Part shown: one piece after another, positions 32,627 through 42,116 of the stretch
Position numbering within the stretch: the first letter of the stretch is position 1
Layout: every line of letters starts with the position of its first letter
Assembly: GCA_035553035.1 (NCBI GenBank)
Contig: DATNEO010000195.1
Coordinates: 1 to 53,589 of the forward strand
Length of the DNA: 53,589 nucleotides
Direction: 5' to 3'
DNA from: Gaiellales bacterium
Lineage (GTDB): Bacteria; Actinomycetota; Thermoleophilia; Gaiellales; JAICJC01
Translations under genes and position numbers: made by a program
The notes under the pieces: generated by a model
Database searches by the model: none
What the model was told of the DNA's origin: nothing
Seen by the model: the letters and a program-made list of their open reading frames with translations, nothing else

Positions 32627-34477
32627 GTGCGAACGCTGGCCGGGGTCGACGTGGGCGGCACGTTCACCGACGTGGCGCTGGTGCACGAGGGCCGGCTGAC
32701 CGCGGTGAAGCTGCCGACCACGACCGACGATCAGTCGCGGGCGGTGATCGAGGGCGTGGAGAGGGCGCTGGAGCAGGCTGGTCTGGCGCCGCGAGCACTG
32801 GGCCACCTCGGGCACGGCACGACGGTGGCCACGAACGCGCTGCTGGAGCGCCGCGGAGCCGTGACCGGGTTCGTGGCGACCCGCGGGTTCGGTGACCTGC
32901 TGGCGCTGGCGCGGCAGACGCGCCCGCTGCTGTACCGGCCCTGCGTCGCGCGGCCGGCGCCGCTGCCGGAGCTGACCGTCGAGGTGGACGAGAGGATGGG
33001 TCCGGACGGGCCGCTGCGGGCGCTGGACGAGCGGTCGGTGGAGCGCGCGGCCCGTGCGCTGCGGCGGGGCGGGGTGGAGGCGGTCGCGATCTGCCTGCTG
33101 CACGCCTACGCGCATCCGCAACACGAGCGGCGGGTGGCGGAGCTGCTGCGGTCGCAGCTGGAGGGCGTGTTCGTGGTCGCGTCGCACGAGCTGGCGGCCG
33201 AGTACCGCGAGTTCGAGCGCGGCTCGACCACGTCGATCGACGCCTACTTGGGGCCGGCGGCCGGCCGCTACCTGCGATCGCTGGGCGAGCAGTCGGCGGC
33301 CCACGGGCTGCCGCAGCCGCTGGTGATGCAGTCGAGTGGCGGGCTGGTGCCGCTGGCGGAGGCGGCCGGTCACCCTGCGCGGCTGCTGCTGTCGGGGCCG
33401 GCCGGCGGCGTGGCGGCGGCGGTCGGGATGGGTGCCGGTGATGCCGTGGCCTTCGACATGGGCGGCACCAGCTGCGACGTCTCGCTGATCCGCGAGGGCC
33501 GGCCGGGCCGGTCGACCGAGCGCGAGGTGGCGGGCCTGCCGGTGCGGCTGCCGATGCTGGACATCCACACGGTCGGCGCTGGCGGCGGAAGCGTGGCGTG
33601 GATCGACGACGGCGGCGCGCTGCGGGTCGGCCCGCAGAGCGCCGGGGCCGATCCCGGGCCCGCCTGCTATGGCCGCGGCGGCGGCCTGCCGACCGTGACG
33701 GACGCCAACCTGGTGCTGGGCCGGCTGGACGCGGCCGTGCCGCTCGCGGGCAGCGTGGGACTGGACGCGAGGGCGGCCCGGCGCGCGGTTGCGACGGTGG
33801 CGGACGGGTTCGCGAGCGTGCGCGCCGCCGCGGCCGGAATCGTGGCGGTGGCGAACCAGGAGATGGTGCGTGCGATCAGGGTCGTGTCGGTGGAGCGGGG
33901 TCACGACCCACGCGGGTTCGAGCTGATCGCCTTCGGCGGCGCGGGCCCGTTGCACGCCTGCGAGGTGGCCGAGGAGCTGGGGATGCGGTCGGTGCGCGTG
34001 CCCGCCGCCAGCGGAGTGCTGTCGGCGCTCGGCATCGCCGCCGGAGAGCGGCGACGGGACGCGGTGCGCAGCGTGATGCGGCGGCTGGAGGAGCTGACGC
34101 GATCGCAGATCCGGTCGCAGGTGCCGTGGCCGCAGGCGGAGCGCGGCTCGCAACGGTGGGCGGGGGGCGACCTGCGCTACGCGGGGCAGGGGTTCGAGCT
34201 GGAGGTCGACCTGGAGCCGCTGGCGACCCTGGCGGAGCGGTTCCACGAGCGACACGCCGAGCGGTACGGCCACGAGCAGCGCGGGACGCCGATCGAGCTG
34301 GTCAACCTGCGGGCCGCCAGCACCGCGGCAGGGCCGGCGCTGGAGCTGGTGCGTGCCCCGCGCAAGCGGCCGGTGCCAGGGCCGGCAACGCTGCATCTGG
34401 ATGGTGCGACGCTGTGGGTGGGGCCGGGCTGGACGGCACGCGCAGCCGGCGACGGTGGCTGGCGGGTGACGCGATGA
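32627..34477 (+). CDS. hyuA: Hydantoinase/oxoprolinase A-subunit family protein
   Basis: MRTLAGVDVGGTFTDVALV..., second ATPase-fold motif AFDMGGTSCDVSLI, TVGAGGGSVAWID. Confidence 0.9.
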   Translation: MRTLAGVDVGGTFTDVALVHEGRLTAVKLPTTTDDQSRAVIEGVERALEQAGLAPRALGHLGHGTTVATNALLERRGAVTGFVATRGFGDLLALARQTRPLLYRPCVARPAPLPELTVEVDERMGPDGPLRALDERSVERAARALRRGGVEAVAICLLHAYAHPQHERRVAELLRSQLEGVFVVASHELAAEYREFERGSTTSIDAYLGPAAGRYLRSLGEQSAAHGLPQPLVMQSSGGLVPLAEAAGHPARLLLSGPAGGVAAAVGMGAGDAVAFDMGGTSCDVSLIREGRPGRSTEREVAGLPVRLPMLDIHTVGAGGGSVAWIDDGGALRVGPQSAGADPGPACYGRGGGLPTVTDANLVLGRLDAAVPLAGSVGLDARAARRAVATVADGFASVRAAAAGIVAVANQEMVRAIRVVSVERGHDPRGFELIAFGGAGPLHACEVAEELGMRSVRVPAASGVLSALGIAAGERRRDAVRSVMRRLEELTRSQIRSQVPWPQAERGSQRWAGGDLRYAGQGFELEVDLEPLATLAERFHERHAERYGHEQRGTPIELVNLRAASTAAGPALELVRAPRKRPVPGPATLHLDGATLWVGPGWTARAAGDGGWRVTR

Positions 34478-35961
34478 GCGATCCGGCGACGCTGCAAGTG
34501 CTCGCCTCTGCGCTGCGCGGCGTGGCGGAGGAGATGGGGGCGGCGCTGATCCGGGCCGCGCACTCGGCCAACATCAAGGAGCGGCGAGACTGCTCGACCG
34601 CGCTGTTCGATCCGGACGGGCGGATGATCGCGCAGGCGGAGCACATCCCGGTGCACCTGGGGGCGATGCCCGATGCGGTGGCGGCGGTGCTGGAGCTGGA
34701 TCCCGAGCCGGGGGCGGTGTTCGTGCTGAACGACCCGTTCACGGGCGGCACGCACCTGCCGGACATCACGCTGGTCTCGCGGGCAGCGGATCTGGGGCTG
34801 CTGGTGTCGCGGGCGCACCATGCGGACGTGGGCGGCATGTGGCCGGGGAGCCTGCCGGCTCACTCGCGGGAGATCTTCCAGGAGGGGCTCGTGATCCCGC
34901 CGCTGCCGCTGACCGACGAGGTGCTGCGGCTGATGCTGGCGAACATGCGGAACCCCGAGCAGCGCGCGGCCGACCTGCGGGCGCAGCTGTCGAGCCATGC
35001 AATCGGGGCGCAGCGGCTGGGCGAGCTGGCCGAACGGTTCGGGCAGAAGGGCCTGCTGCGGGGAATGGACGAGCTGCACGGCTATGCCGAGCGGCGGATG
35101 CGGGCGGCGATCCGGCGGGTGCCGGAGGGCCGCTACCAGGCGAGCGACGTGGTGGAGGAGTTGGAGGGCGAGGCGGTGATCCGGGCGACGGTGACGGTGC
35201 GGGGCGATGGGGTGCAGGTCGACTTTGAGGGCACGGCCGAGCAGCGACCGGGGAACCTGAACTGCCCGCTGTCGGTGACGCGGTCGGCGGTGTACTACGT
35301 GGTGCGCGTCGTGTGTGCGCCGGACCTCGAGGCATCGGGCGGCGCGTTCGTGCCGGTGCAGGTGCTGGCGCCGGAGGGGTGTCTGGTGAACGCGCGGTTC
35401 CCGGCGGCCGTGGTGGCGGGGAACACGGAGACGTCAAGCAGGATCGTTGATGTGGTGATGGCGGCGTTCGGTCAGGCGTTGCCGGTCTCGGCAATGGGGC
35501 AGGGGACGATGAACAACACGGTGATCGGGAACGAGCGGTTCACCTACTACGAGACGATCGGCGGCGGCCAGGGGGCGTGCCCGGACGGAGAGGGGCCGAG
35601 CGCGGTGCATGTGGCGATGTCGAACACGCTGAACACGCCGATCGAGGCGCTCGAGCGCGAGTACCCGCTGCGGATCGAGCGCTACGCGCTGCGACCGGGA
35701 AGCGGCGGGGTCGGCCGTCACCGCGGCGGCGACGGAGTGATCAGGGCGATGCGGGTGCTCGAGGACTGCCGGCTGTCGCTGCTGACCGAGCGCCGCAGGC
35801 GCGCGCCCAGGGGGGCGGCCGGCGGCGGCGACGGAGCGCTGGGCGAGAACCGTCTGAACGGCCGCCCGATCGCGGGCAAGCTCAGCCGCGAGCTGCGCGC
35901 GGGCGACATGCTGGAGATGCGCACGCCCGGCGGCGGCGGGTACGGCCCGCCGCCGGCCTGA
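34474..35961 (+). CDS. hyuB: Hydantoinase B/oxoprolinase family protein
   Basis: ATG 34474 (ATGA overlap with hyuA) inside track ORF 33598..35961. LRGVAEEMGAALIRAAHSANIKERRDCSTALFDPDGRMIAQAEHIPVHLGAM... Confidence 0.9.
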   Translation: MSDPATLQVLASALRGVAEEMGAALIRAAHSANIKERRDCSTALFDPDGRMIAQAEHIPVHLGAMPDAVAAVLELDPEPGAVFVLNDPFTGGTHLPDITLVSRAADLGLLVSRAHHADVGGMWPGSLPAHSREIFQEGLVIPPLPLTDEVLRLMLANMRNPEQRAADLRAQLSSHAIGAQRLGELAERFGQKGLLRGMDELHGYAERRMRAAIRRVPEGRYQASDVVEELEGEAVIRATVTVRGDGVQVDFEGTAEQRPGNLNCPLSVTRSAVYYVVRVVCAPDLEASGGAFVPVQVLAPEGCLVNARFPAAVVAGNTETSSRIVDVVMAAFGQALPVSAMGQGTMNNTVIGNERFTYYETIGGGQGACPDGEGPSAVHVAMSNTLNTPIEALEREYPLRIERYALRPGSGGVGRHRGGDGVIRAMRVLEDCRLSLLTERRRRAPRGAAGGGDGALGENRLNGRPIAGKLSRELRAGDMLEMRTPGGGGYGPPPA

Positions 35962-36246
35962 CACATCCGTTACGGCTTCGCAACGCCGGCGAAACGGCCA
36001 CCGCCTCGTGTGCCGCCGAGCCGAGATGTCACGGCCGGTCACTTCAGGGTAACGGCCGGCTACCCCGCGAGCGCACAGAATCGCCGCAACCGGAGGCGCC
36101 GCCATGACGGAACGCCGTCCATCGCTTTGCGCGTCCGCCTGTGCAGGGTTCGCCGCCTGCCGCCGTCACGCGGCTGCAACGCCGCGGTCGGCGCAACAGC
36201 GGCGCCTGGCACCGGTGTTGCCCGCGGGAAGGTCACGAGTTGTGCC

Positions 36247-36280
36247 GTGCCGGCCACGGAACCGTGTCCGCGGCCGGCAC
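36247..36280 (-). terminator. Hairpin just downstream of proS
   Basis: GTGCCGGCCACGG-AACCGTGT-CCGCGGCCGGCAC: 13-bp stem with one mismatch, 10 nt beyond the proS stop. Confidence 0.5.
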
Positions 36281-36289
36281 GTGGGTCCC

Positions 36290-37714
36290 TCAGTAGGCCT
36301 GGCCCCAGGTGGCGGTCTCAACGCCAGGCCGCCCGCAGACGGGGCAGGGCGCGCCGGGATCCTCGGGCTCGAGGGTGAGGCAGCGGAGGGTGGCCGACGT
36401 CTCCGCCTTGATCGCGGCCTCGCACTCCGGCGAGCCACACCATGCGGTGACCGCAAAGCCGCTGCCCGCCTTCAGGTACTCGATCAGCTCGGCGCGATCG
36501 TCGAAGCTGCGGGTGTTGTCGGACAGGTGCGCGGCGGCGCGGTCGAACAGCTCCTGATGGATCTCGCCCAGCATCCCTTGCAGCCGTTCGGCCAGCCGGT
36601 CGAGGGACAACAGCTCGCGCGGCTCGCGATCGCGGCGGGCCACCGACACCTCGCCGCGGGCCAGCTCGCGCTCGCCCAGCTCGACGCGGATAGGCGCGCC
36701 CTTCAGCTCCCACTCGAAGAACTTTGCGCCGGGACGGACGTGGTCGCGGTCGTCCAGTTTCACACGGATGCCCGCCGCCCGCAGCTCGGCCGCCAGCGCG
36801 TGCGCCTGCTCCAGCACCGATGCCGCCCCAGGCTGGATCGGGATCACCACCACCTGGTGCGGCGCAACCGCCGGTGGCAGCCGCAGCCCGCGCTCGTCAC
36901 CGTGCATCATGATCACCCCGCCCACCAGGCGCGAGCTGGCGCCCCAGGATGTCGCGAAGGGATGGTGCTCGGAGCCGTCCCGTCCGGTGTAGGTGACCCC
37001 GTAGGCGCGCGCGAACTCGTCCCCCAGATAGTGGGACGTCGCCGCCTGCAGCGCCTTGCGGTCACCCATCATTGCCTCGGCCGTAAACGTCTCCCTCGCA
37101 CCGGGGAACCGCTCGGCCGCGCTCTTTCGCCCCAGCAGCGCGGGCATCGCCAGCACCCAGCGCTGCGTATCGGCATAGACCTCGTGCAGGATCCGCAGGC
37201 ACTCCGCCACCGCCCCCTGCTCGGTCTCGTGAGCGGTGTGCCCCTCCTGCCACAGGAACTCGCTGGTGCGCAGGAACAGCCGCGGCCGCAGCTCCCACCG
37301 CACCACGTTCGCCCACTGGTTGTAGAGCATGGGCAGATCGCGGTAGGACTGCAGCCAGCGGCCGTACGTGCTCCAGATCACCGCTTCGGACGTCGGCCGC
37401 AGCACCAGCGGCTCCTCAAGCTTCGCGCCGCCGGCCTCGGTTACCACGGCCACCTCGGGCGCGAAGCCCTCGACCAGGTCAGCCTCCTTCGCCAGCACCG
37501 ATGCCGGGATCAGCATCGGGAAGTAGAAGTTCTCGTGGCCGGTGGCCTTGATGCGATCGTCCATCTGGCGCTGCAGCAACTCCCAGATCCCGTACCCGTA
37601 CGGCTTGATCACCATCATCCCGCGCACGGCCGCGTTCTCGGCCAGGCCGGCCCGGCGTACGACGTCGGCGTACCAGGCGGGAAAGTCGTTCTCGATTGAA
37701 GGGAGCGTGGTCAT
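36290..37714 (-). CDS. proS: Prolyl-tRNA synthetase, archaeal/eukaryote-like architecture (no editing insertion, C-terminal Cys-rich domain ending in Tyr)
   Basis: Track ORF trimmed to ATG 37714 (MTTLPSIENDFPAWYADVVRRAGL...). Class II motifs RPTSE, FLRTSEFLWQEGHTAH, ATSWGASSRL. C-terminus CGSPECEAAIK...CPVCGRPGVETATWGQAY. Confidence 0.92.
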   Translation of the reverse strand: MTTLPSIENDFPAWYADVVRRAGLAENAAVRGMMVIKPYGYGIWELLQRQMDDRIKATGHENFYFPMLIPASVLAKEADLVEGFAPEVAVVTEAGGAKLEEPLVLRPTSEAVIWSTYGRWLQSYRDLPMLYNQWANVVRWELRPRLFLRTSEFLWQEGHTAHETEQGAVAECLRILHEVYADTQRWVLAMPALLGRKSAAERFPGARETFTAEAMMGDRKALQAATSHYLGDEFARAYGVTYTGRDGSEHHPFATSWGASSRLVGGVIMMHGDERGLRLPPAVAPHQVVVIPIQPGAASVLEQAHALAAELRAAGIRVKLDDRDHVRPGAKFFEWELKGAPIRVELGERELARGEVSVARRDREPRELLSLDRLAERLQGMLGEIHQELFDRAAAHLSDNTRSFDDRAELIEYLKAGSGFAVTAWCGSPECEAAIKAETSATLRCLTLEPEDPGAPCPVCGRPGVETATWGQAY

Positions 37715-37885
37715 GTGCGCATCCAACTGTCGGCGTTGACGAGGCGAGCGTTCGTCACGGCGTTCCGGGGCGGTGGGCCGGGAACGCCTAGGCCGGGATG
37801 CGCGGCAGCACGACGACGACCGGGCCACGGATGTGGGTGATGTCGCGTCGCTGCGTCATGTCACAAGCGTACCAGCAGCCACCGG

Positions 37886-37891
37886 TACACT
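37886..37891 (+). promoter_or_regulatory. -10-like hexamer TACACT 7 nt upstream of the clpS ATG (leaderless-type geometry)
   Basis: Sequence CGGTACACT-CGCAATC-ATG. Confidence 0.4.
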
Positions 37892-37898
37892 CGCAATC

Positions 37899-38204
37899 AT
37901 GTCCACGGTCGCCCCGCCCGTGCGGAAGCAGAAGCCGCGCACGACCGGCCCCGGCTCCGGCAGCGATCGCCCCTGGCTGGTCGTTGTCAAGAACGACAAT
38001 CACAACACCTTCGACGGGGTCGCCTTCGCCCTTGCCCGCACCATTCCCGGCCTCACGTTCGAGGGCGGCATGCGGCTCGCCGATCGCATCCACAACGCCG
38101 GCCAGGCGATCGTCTGGCAGGGCCAGCTGGAACAGGCCGAGCACTACTGGGAGCAGCTGATGGGCTTCGGGCTGACGATGGCGCCGCTGACGCAATCCGG
38201 GTGA
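37899..38204 (+). CDS. clpS: ATP-dependent Clp protease adaptor ClpS
   Basis: ATG 37899 inside track ORF 37773..38204. PWLVVVKNDNHNTFDGVAFALARTIPGLTFEGGMRLADRIHNAGQAIVWQG. Confidence 0.85.
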   Translation: MSTVAPPVRKQKPRTTGPGSGSDRPWLVVVKNDNHNTFDGVAFALARTIPGLTFEGGMRLADRIHNAGQAIVWQGQLEQAEHYWEQLMGFGLTMAPLTQSG

Positions 38205-38980
38205 CCCTGCTCGCCGGGCAGTTCGACGCGTGGCGGTTCGTGTTCGACCCCGAGTGGACGCTGGCCGTGCTCCTGTTCGGCGCCGGGTACCTGTGGGCCG
38301 CGCACGTAATGTCCGCGCCGCTCTGGCGCCGCGCCTGCTTCCTGTGCGGCCTGCTGCTGGCGGCCCTGGCCCTGCTCTCGCCGATCGAGCACGTCGCCCT
38401 CGACGCGATGCTGTCCTTCCACCTGCTCCAAAATGTGATGCTGGCCGACTGGGCGCCGCCGCTGCTGGTGCTCGGGCTCACCCCGGCCATGGCCGCCACC
38501 GCCGAGCGCCGCGCCTGGCTGCGCGCGGCTACGCACCCGGTGTTCGCGCTGCCCTACTGGCTGGCGGTCTGGTACATCGTCCACATCCCGGCCGTCTACG
38601 GCTACGGCCTCGACCACCGCTGGGCGCTCGGCTCCGAGCACCTGCTGTTCCTGACCGCCGGCCTCGCCTTCTGGTGGCCGGTGCTCGTCCCCGAACGCAT
38701 GCAGCCGATGGCCAAGCTCGTCTACCTGGCCGCCGCCTTCTTCCTCGCCGCCCCCGTCGCGCTCCTGATCGCCCTCGCCTCCAACACCATCTACCACTAC
38801 TACGACACCACGCCCCACCTGTTCGGCCTGTCGGCCCGCGACGACCAGCAGCTCGGCGGCATCCTGATGGCTGTCGAGCAGAGCCTGATCCTGTTCGTGG
38901 TCTTCAGCCTCACCTTCTACCAGCTGCTCGCCGACGACGAGCGCCGGCCCGACCCGCTGGATCATCTAGATTCCGCCTGA
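38201..38980 (+). CDS. CtaG-like membrane protein, paralog 3
   Basis: GTGA overlap with the clpS stop. LLSPIEHVALDAMLSFHLLQNVMLADWAPPLLVLGL, very similar to paralog 1. Confidence 0.8.
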   Translation: MTLLAGQFDAWRFVFDPEWTLAVLLFGAGYLWAAHVMSAPLWRRACFLCGLLLAALALLSPIEHVALDAMLSFHLLQNVMLADWAPPLLVLGLTPAMAATAERRAWLRAATHPVFALPYWLAVWYIVHIPAVYGYGLDHRWALGSEHLLFLTAGLAFWWPVLVPERMQPMAKLVYLAAAFFLAAPVALLIALASNTIYHYYDTTPHLFGLSARDDQQLGGILMAVEQSLILFVVFSLTFYQLLADDERRPDPLDHLDSA

Positions 38981-39888
38981 TGGATCGCATCACCGCAGCC
39001 TGCGTCCAGTTCTCGGCCTCGCGCGACAAGGCCCAGAACATCGGCCGCATGGCCACGCTGGTCGAGGAGGCGGCCGCCCGCGGCGCGCGCCTGGTATTGC
39101 TGCCCGAGAAGTGGAACGCCATCGCCGACGGCCGCGAGCTGCTCGCGTACGCCGAATCGCTCGAGGACGGCGGTGACACCCTCGATGCGTTGTCAGAATG
39201 GGCGCGTCGCCTGCAGCTCGACCTGATCTGTGGCTCGATCGCGATCGCCGACGGTGACCGCGTTGGCAACGTCTCGATCGCCTTCTCTCCCGACGGCGAG
39301 CGCGTCGCCGCCTACACCAAGATCCACCTGTTCGACGTCGACGTGGGCGGCATCAGCTATCGCGAGTCCGACGGCACCGCCCCCGGCGGCGAGCTGGTGA
39401 TGGCGAGCATGTCCGGCCTGCCGGTCGGCCTCTCGGTCTGTTACGACCTGCGCTTCCCCGAGATGTACCGCGCTCTCGAGCAGGCCGGCGCGCTGGTGCT
39501 GACGGTGCCGGCCGCCTTCACCCTGGTCACCGGCATGGCCCACTGGGAGCCGCTGCTGCGCGCCCGCGCGATCGAGAACCAGGCGTTCGTGATGGCCGCC
39601 AACCAGCACAGCGACCCCGGCGGCTACGGCATGCCGCGCTTTGGCCACAGCATGATCATCGACCCCTGGGGCACGGTCATCGCTCAGGCAGGGCCCACCG
39701 GTGACGGCGTGATCGTGGCCGAGCTCGACCTGGCCGCTCAGCGCGCCACGCGCAGCACGCTGCCGGCACTCGACCACCGCCGGCCCGATGCCTACACGGT
39801 CGCCGATACGGCTTTCGCGCCATATGAAGGACCCCTGGCTAGGCCGTTGCCTCCGGCTCTTCCTGGCCGATCACGCCCTGATCGGTGA
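38980..39888 (+). CDS. Carbon-nitrogen hydrolase (nitrilase superfamily, Nit/omega-amidase type)
   Basis: ATG 38980 (TGATG overlap) inside track ORF 38230..39888. Catalytic Glu (LLPEKW), Lys (YTKIHLFD) and Cys (SVCYDLRFPE). A C-terminal tail of about 28 aa overlaps the convergent gene by 50 nt. Confidence 0.88.
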   Translation: MDRITAACVQFSASRDKAQNIGRMATLVEEAAARGARLVLLPEKWNAIADGRELLAYAESLEDGGDTLDALSEWARRLQLDLICGSIAIADGDRVGNVSIAFSPDGERVAAYTKIHLFDVDVGGISYRESDGTAPGGELVMASMSGLPVGLSVCYDLRFPEMYRALEQAGALVLTVPAAFTLVTGMAHWEPLLRARAIENQAFVMAANQHSDPGGYGMPRFGHSMIIDPWGTVIAQAGPTGDGVIVAELDLAAQRATRSTLPALDHRRPDAYTVADTAFAPYEGPLARPLPPALPGRSRPDR

Positions 39889-40732
39889 ACCACCTGCGGA
39901 CCGCGTCCATCAGCGCCTTGGGCTGCTCGATGTGCGTCATGTGCGCCGCCTTCTCGATCACCACCAACTGCGATCCGGCCACCTCGTCGTGGATCTCCTG
40001 GGAGCGCGCAACCGTGCACGTGCGGTCGTAGCGGCCCGTCACCACGAGCATCGGCTTGGAGATCCAGCGCAGGTGGTCGACCCACTCGAAGCCGCCGTAG
40101 CCGTTCTTCGCGAAGTGCGCCAGCACCTCCGGTGAGTAGACGGTCTCGTCCTTCTCGGTGAACGTGCGGTAGGCGTCGCCCATCTCCCAGAAGTGGAACG
40201 GCATCTGCGACGTCATGATGTCGCGGAACTCGGCCACCGTCGACACGTTCGGCTCGGCGTCCCACGACCGCTTGATCTGCTCGCGCATCGCGGCCGGCTC
40301 GAACCGGTCGATCTCGCGCTCGACGTCGGCCGCCAGCGCCTCGCTGGACGCCGCGCCGCTGGAGATCACGTACTGGCCGGCCGTGCCGCGCTCGAGCGCG
40401 TGCGCCAGCGACACGATCGCGCCGAACGAGTGCCCGTACAGGGAGAACTCCTCGAGCTCCAGCGCCCGCGCCAGCCGGTCGACGTCCTGCGCGAACACCT
40501 GGATCGTGAGCGACTGCGGGTCGACCCGCTCCGACCCGCCCTGGCCGCGCATGTCCACGTAGATCATCCGGAAGCCGGCTCCGGCCAGCGGATCCAGCCA
40601 CGGGTGCAGCTCGTGGTGGTCGAGCCCCGGCCCGCCGTGCAGCAGAATCAGCGGATGCCCGCTGCCGACCTCGGCGATGTTCAACGAGACGCCGTCGTCC
40701 AGCTTGACCAGCCGCTGCGTGGCCTCAGCCAT
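39839..40732 (-). CDS. Alpha/beta hydrolase (proline iminopeptidase-like)
   Basis: LILLHGGPG, nucleophile elbow GHSFG, C-terminal AAHMTHIEQP. Confidence 0.88.
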   Translation of the reverse strand: MAEATQRLVKLDDGVSLNIAEVGSGHPLILLHGGPGLDHHELHPWLDPLAGAGFRMIYVDMRGQGGSERVDPQSLTIQVFAQDVDRLARALELEEFSLYGHSFGAIVSLAHALERGTAGQYVISSGAASSEALAADVEREIDRFEPAAMREQIKRSWDAEPNVSTVAEFRDIMTSQMPFHFWEMGDAYRTFTEKDETVYSPEVLAHFAKNGYGGFEWVDHLRWISKPMLVVTGRYDRTCTVARSQEIHDEVAGSQLVVIEKAAHMTHIEQPKALMDAVRRWFTDQGVIGQEEPEATA

Positions 40733-41891
40733 TCAGCTTCCGGTACCCGAGTGCGTGCTCGGCCTGCATCATCTTGTGGATCTGGGTCGTGCCCTCGTAG
40801 ATGATCGGGGCGCGCGAGTTGCGGAAGTAGCGCTCGACCGGGTACTCCGCGGAGTAGCCGTAGGCCCCGTGCACCTGGATCGCCAGGTGGGCGGCCTTGA
40901 AGGCGCTCTCGGTGGCCTGCCACTTGGCCAGCGACGTCTCGCGCGTGTTGCGGACGCCCTTGTTCTTGAGGTGCGCCGCCTGCATCACCAGCAGCCGGCT
41001 GGTCTCGTAGCCCATCACCATGTCGGCAATCATGTCCTGCACGAACTGGTACTTGCCGATCTCCTGGCCGAACGTCTTGCGCTCGTTCGCGTACTTGACC
41101 GACGCCTCCAGGCACGCGCGGACGACCCCGACGGCGCCGGCCGCCACCGTGAACCGGCCCTGGTCGAGCGAGTGCATGGCGATCTTGAAGCCCTCGCCCT
41201 CGGCGCCCACCAGGCTCTCGGCCGGCACCTGCACGTTGTCGAAGAACAGCTCGCCGGTCGATCCGGCCCAGATTCCCAGCTTGTTCGGGATCTGCCGGGC
41301 CTCGATGCCGTCCCAGTCCAGCTCGATGATGAACGCCGAGATGCCCTTGTGGGCCGCGGCCGGGTCGGTCTTCGCGAACATCAGGCAGTAGGCCGCTTCG
41401 GTCGCGTAGCTTATCCAGCTCTTCTGGCCGTTCAGCAGGTAGGTGCCGTCGTCCTGCTTGATCGCGGTGGTCAGCATCGCCGCCACGTCCGAGCCGGCGG
41501 CCGGCTCGGTCAGCCCAAAGCAGCCGAGCTTCTCGCCCTTGGCCATCGGCACCAGGTAGCGCTGCTTCTGCTCCTCAGTCCCGAACCTATAGAGCGACAG
41601 CGAGTTCAGCCCGACGTGCACCGAGATCAGTGTGCGGAAGGCTGACTCGCCGCGCTCGATCTCCTCACAGATCAGCGCCTCGGAGACGTAGTCGAGCCCG
41701 GAGCCGCCGTACTCGGTCGGGATCACCGGTCCCAGCAGCCCCAGCTCGGCCATGCCCTCGATGATGCCCATGTCGAGGTGGTGATTGATGTCGTTCTCCT
41801 GCGCGACCGGCATGATGCGGCGATCCACGAACTCGCGCACCGTCTCCTGGATCGCGAGCTGCTCGTCGGTCAGATCGAGGTTCAAGACCAC
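40725..41891 (-). CDS. Acyl-CoA dehydrogenase
   Basis: FGLTEPAAGSD, SWISYA, YEGTTQIHKMMQA. AAGGAG SD upstream. Confidence 0.92.
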   Translation of the reverse strand: MVLNLDLTDEQLAIQETVREFVDRRIMPVAQENDINHHLDMGIIEGMAELGLLGPVIPTEYGGSGLDYVSEALICEEIERGESAFRTLISVHVGLNSLSLYRFGTEEQKQRYLVPMAKGEKLGCFGLTEPAAGSDVAAMLTTAIKQDDGTYLLNGQKSWISYATEAAYCLMFAKTDPAAAHKGISAFIIELDWDGIEARQIPNKLGIWAGSTGELFFDNVQVPAESLVGAEGEGFKIAMHSLDQGRFTVAAGAVGVVRACLEASVKYANERKTFGQEIGKYQFVQDMIADMVMGYETSRLLVMQAAHLKNKGVRNTRETSLAKWQATESAFKAAHLAIQVHGAYGYSAEYPVERYFRNSRAPIIYEGTTQIHKMMQAEHALGYRKLNG

Positions 41892-42116
41892 TCCTTGGAA
41901 GCTTTCGGCAAATCCGTTGGATCCTAGATGGTTGTTTCCACGGGATGCGTGGGTGCCGGGCGCAGGATGGGGCGCGCTGGACGACGGGAGCGTCCGCAGG
42001 GCAGGCTGGGCATGTCCTGGCCAAGGGCGATCGTGGCGTCCAGCGTGTCCCAGACCAGAACCGGCGCCGCGCAGCTCGTGGAATCAATCATCCCGGCGTT
42101 GTTGTGCGTCCACGCG

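Noticed and set aside
33598-34473. The 292-codon N-terminal extension of the hyuB ORF in the track (33598..35961).
   Set aside because: The extension is an Arg/Gly-rich out-of-frame reading of hyuA. The real start is the ATG at 34474, which overlaps the hyuA stop (ATGA) and gives the conserved HyuB N-terminus.
35962-36246. The roughly 285-nt gap between hyuB and the proS terminator, with track ORFs 36010..36378(+) and 36060..36257(-), examined for a small gene or ncRNA.
   Set aside because: Both ORFs give Arg-rich nonsense without codon bias or start signals. I recognised no riboswitch or RNA motif. Only the proS terminator hairpin (36247-36280) is supported.
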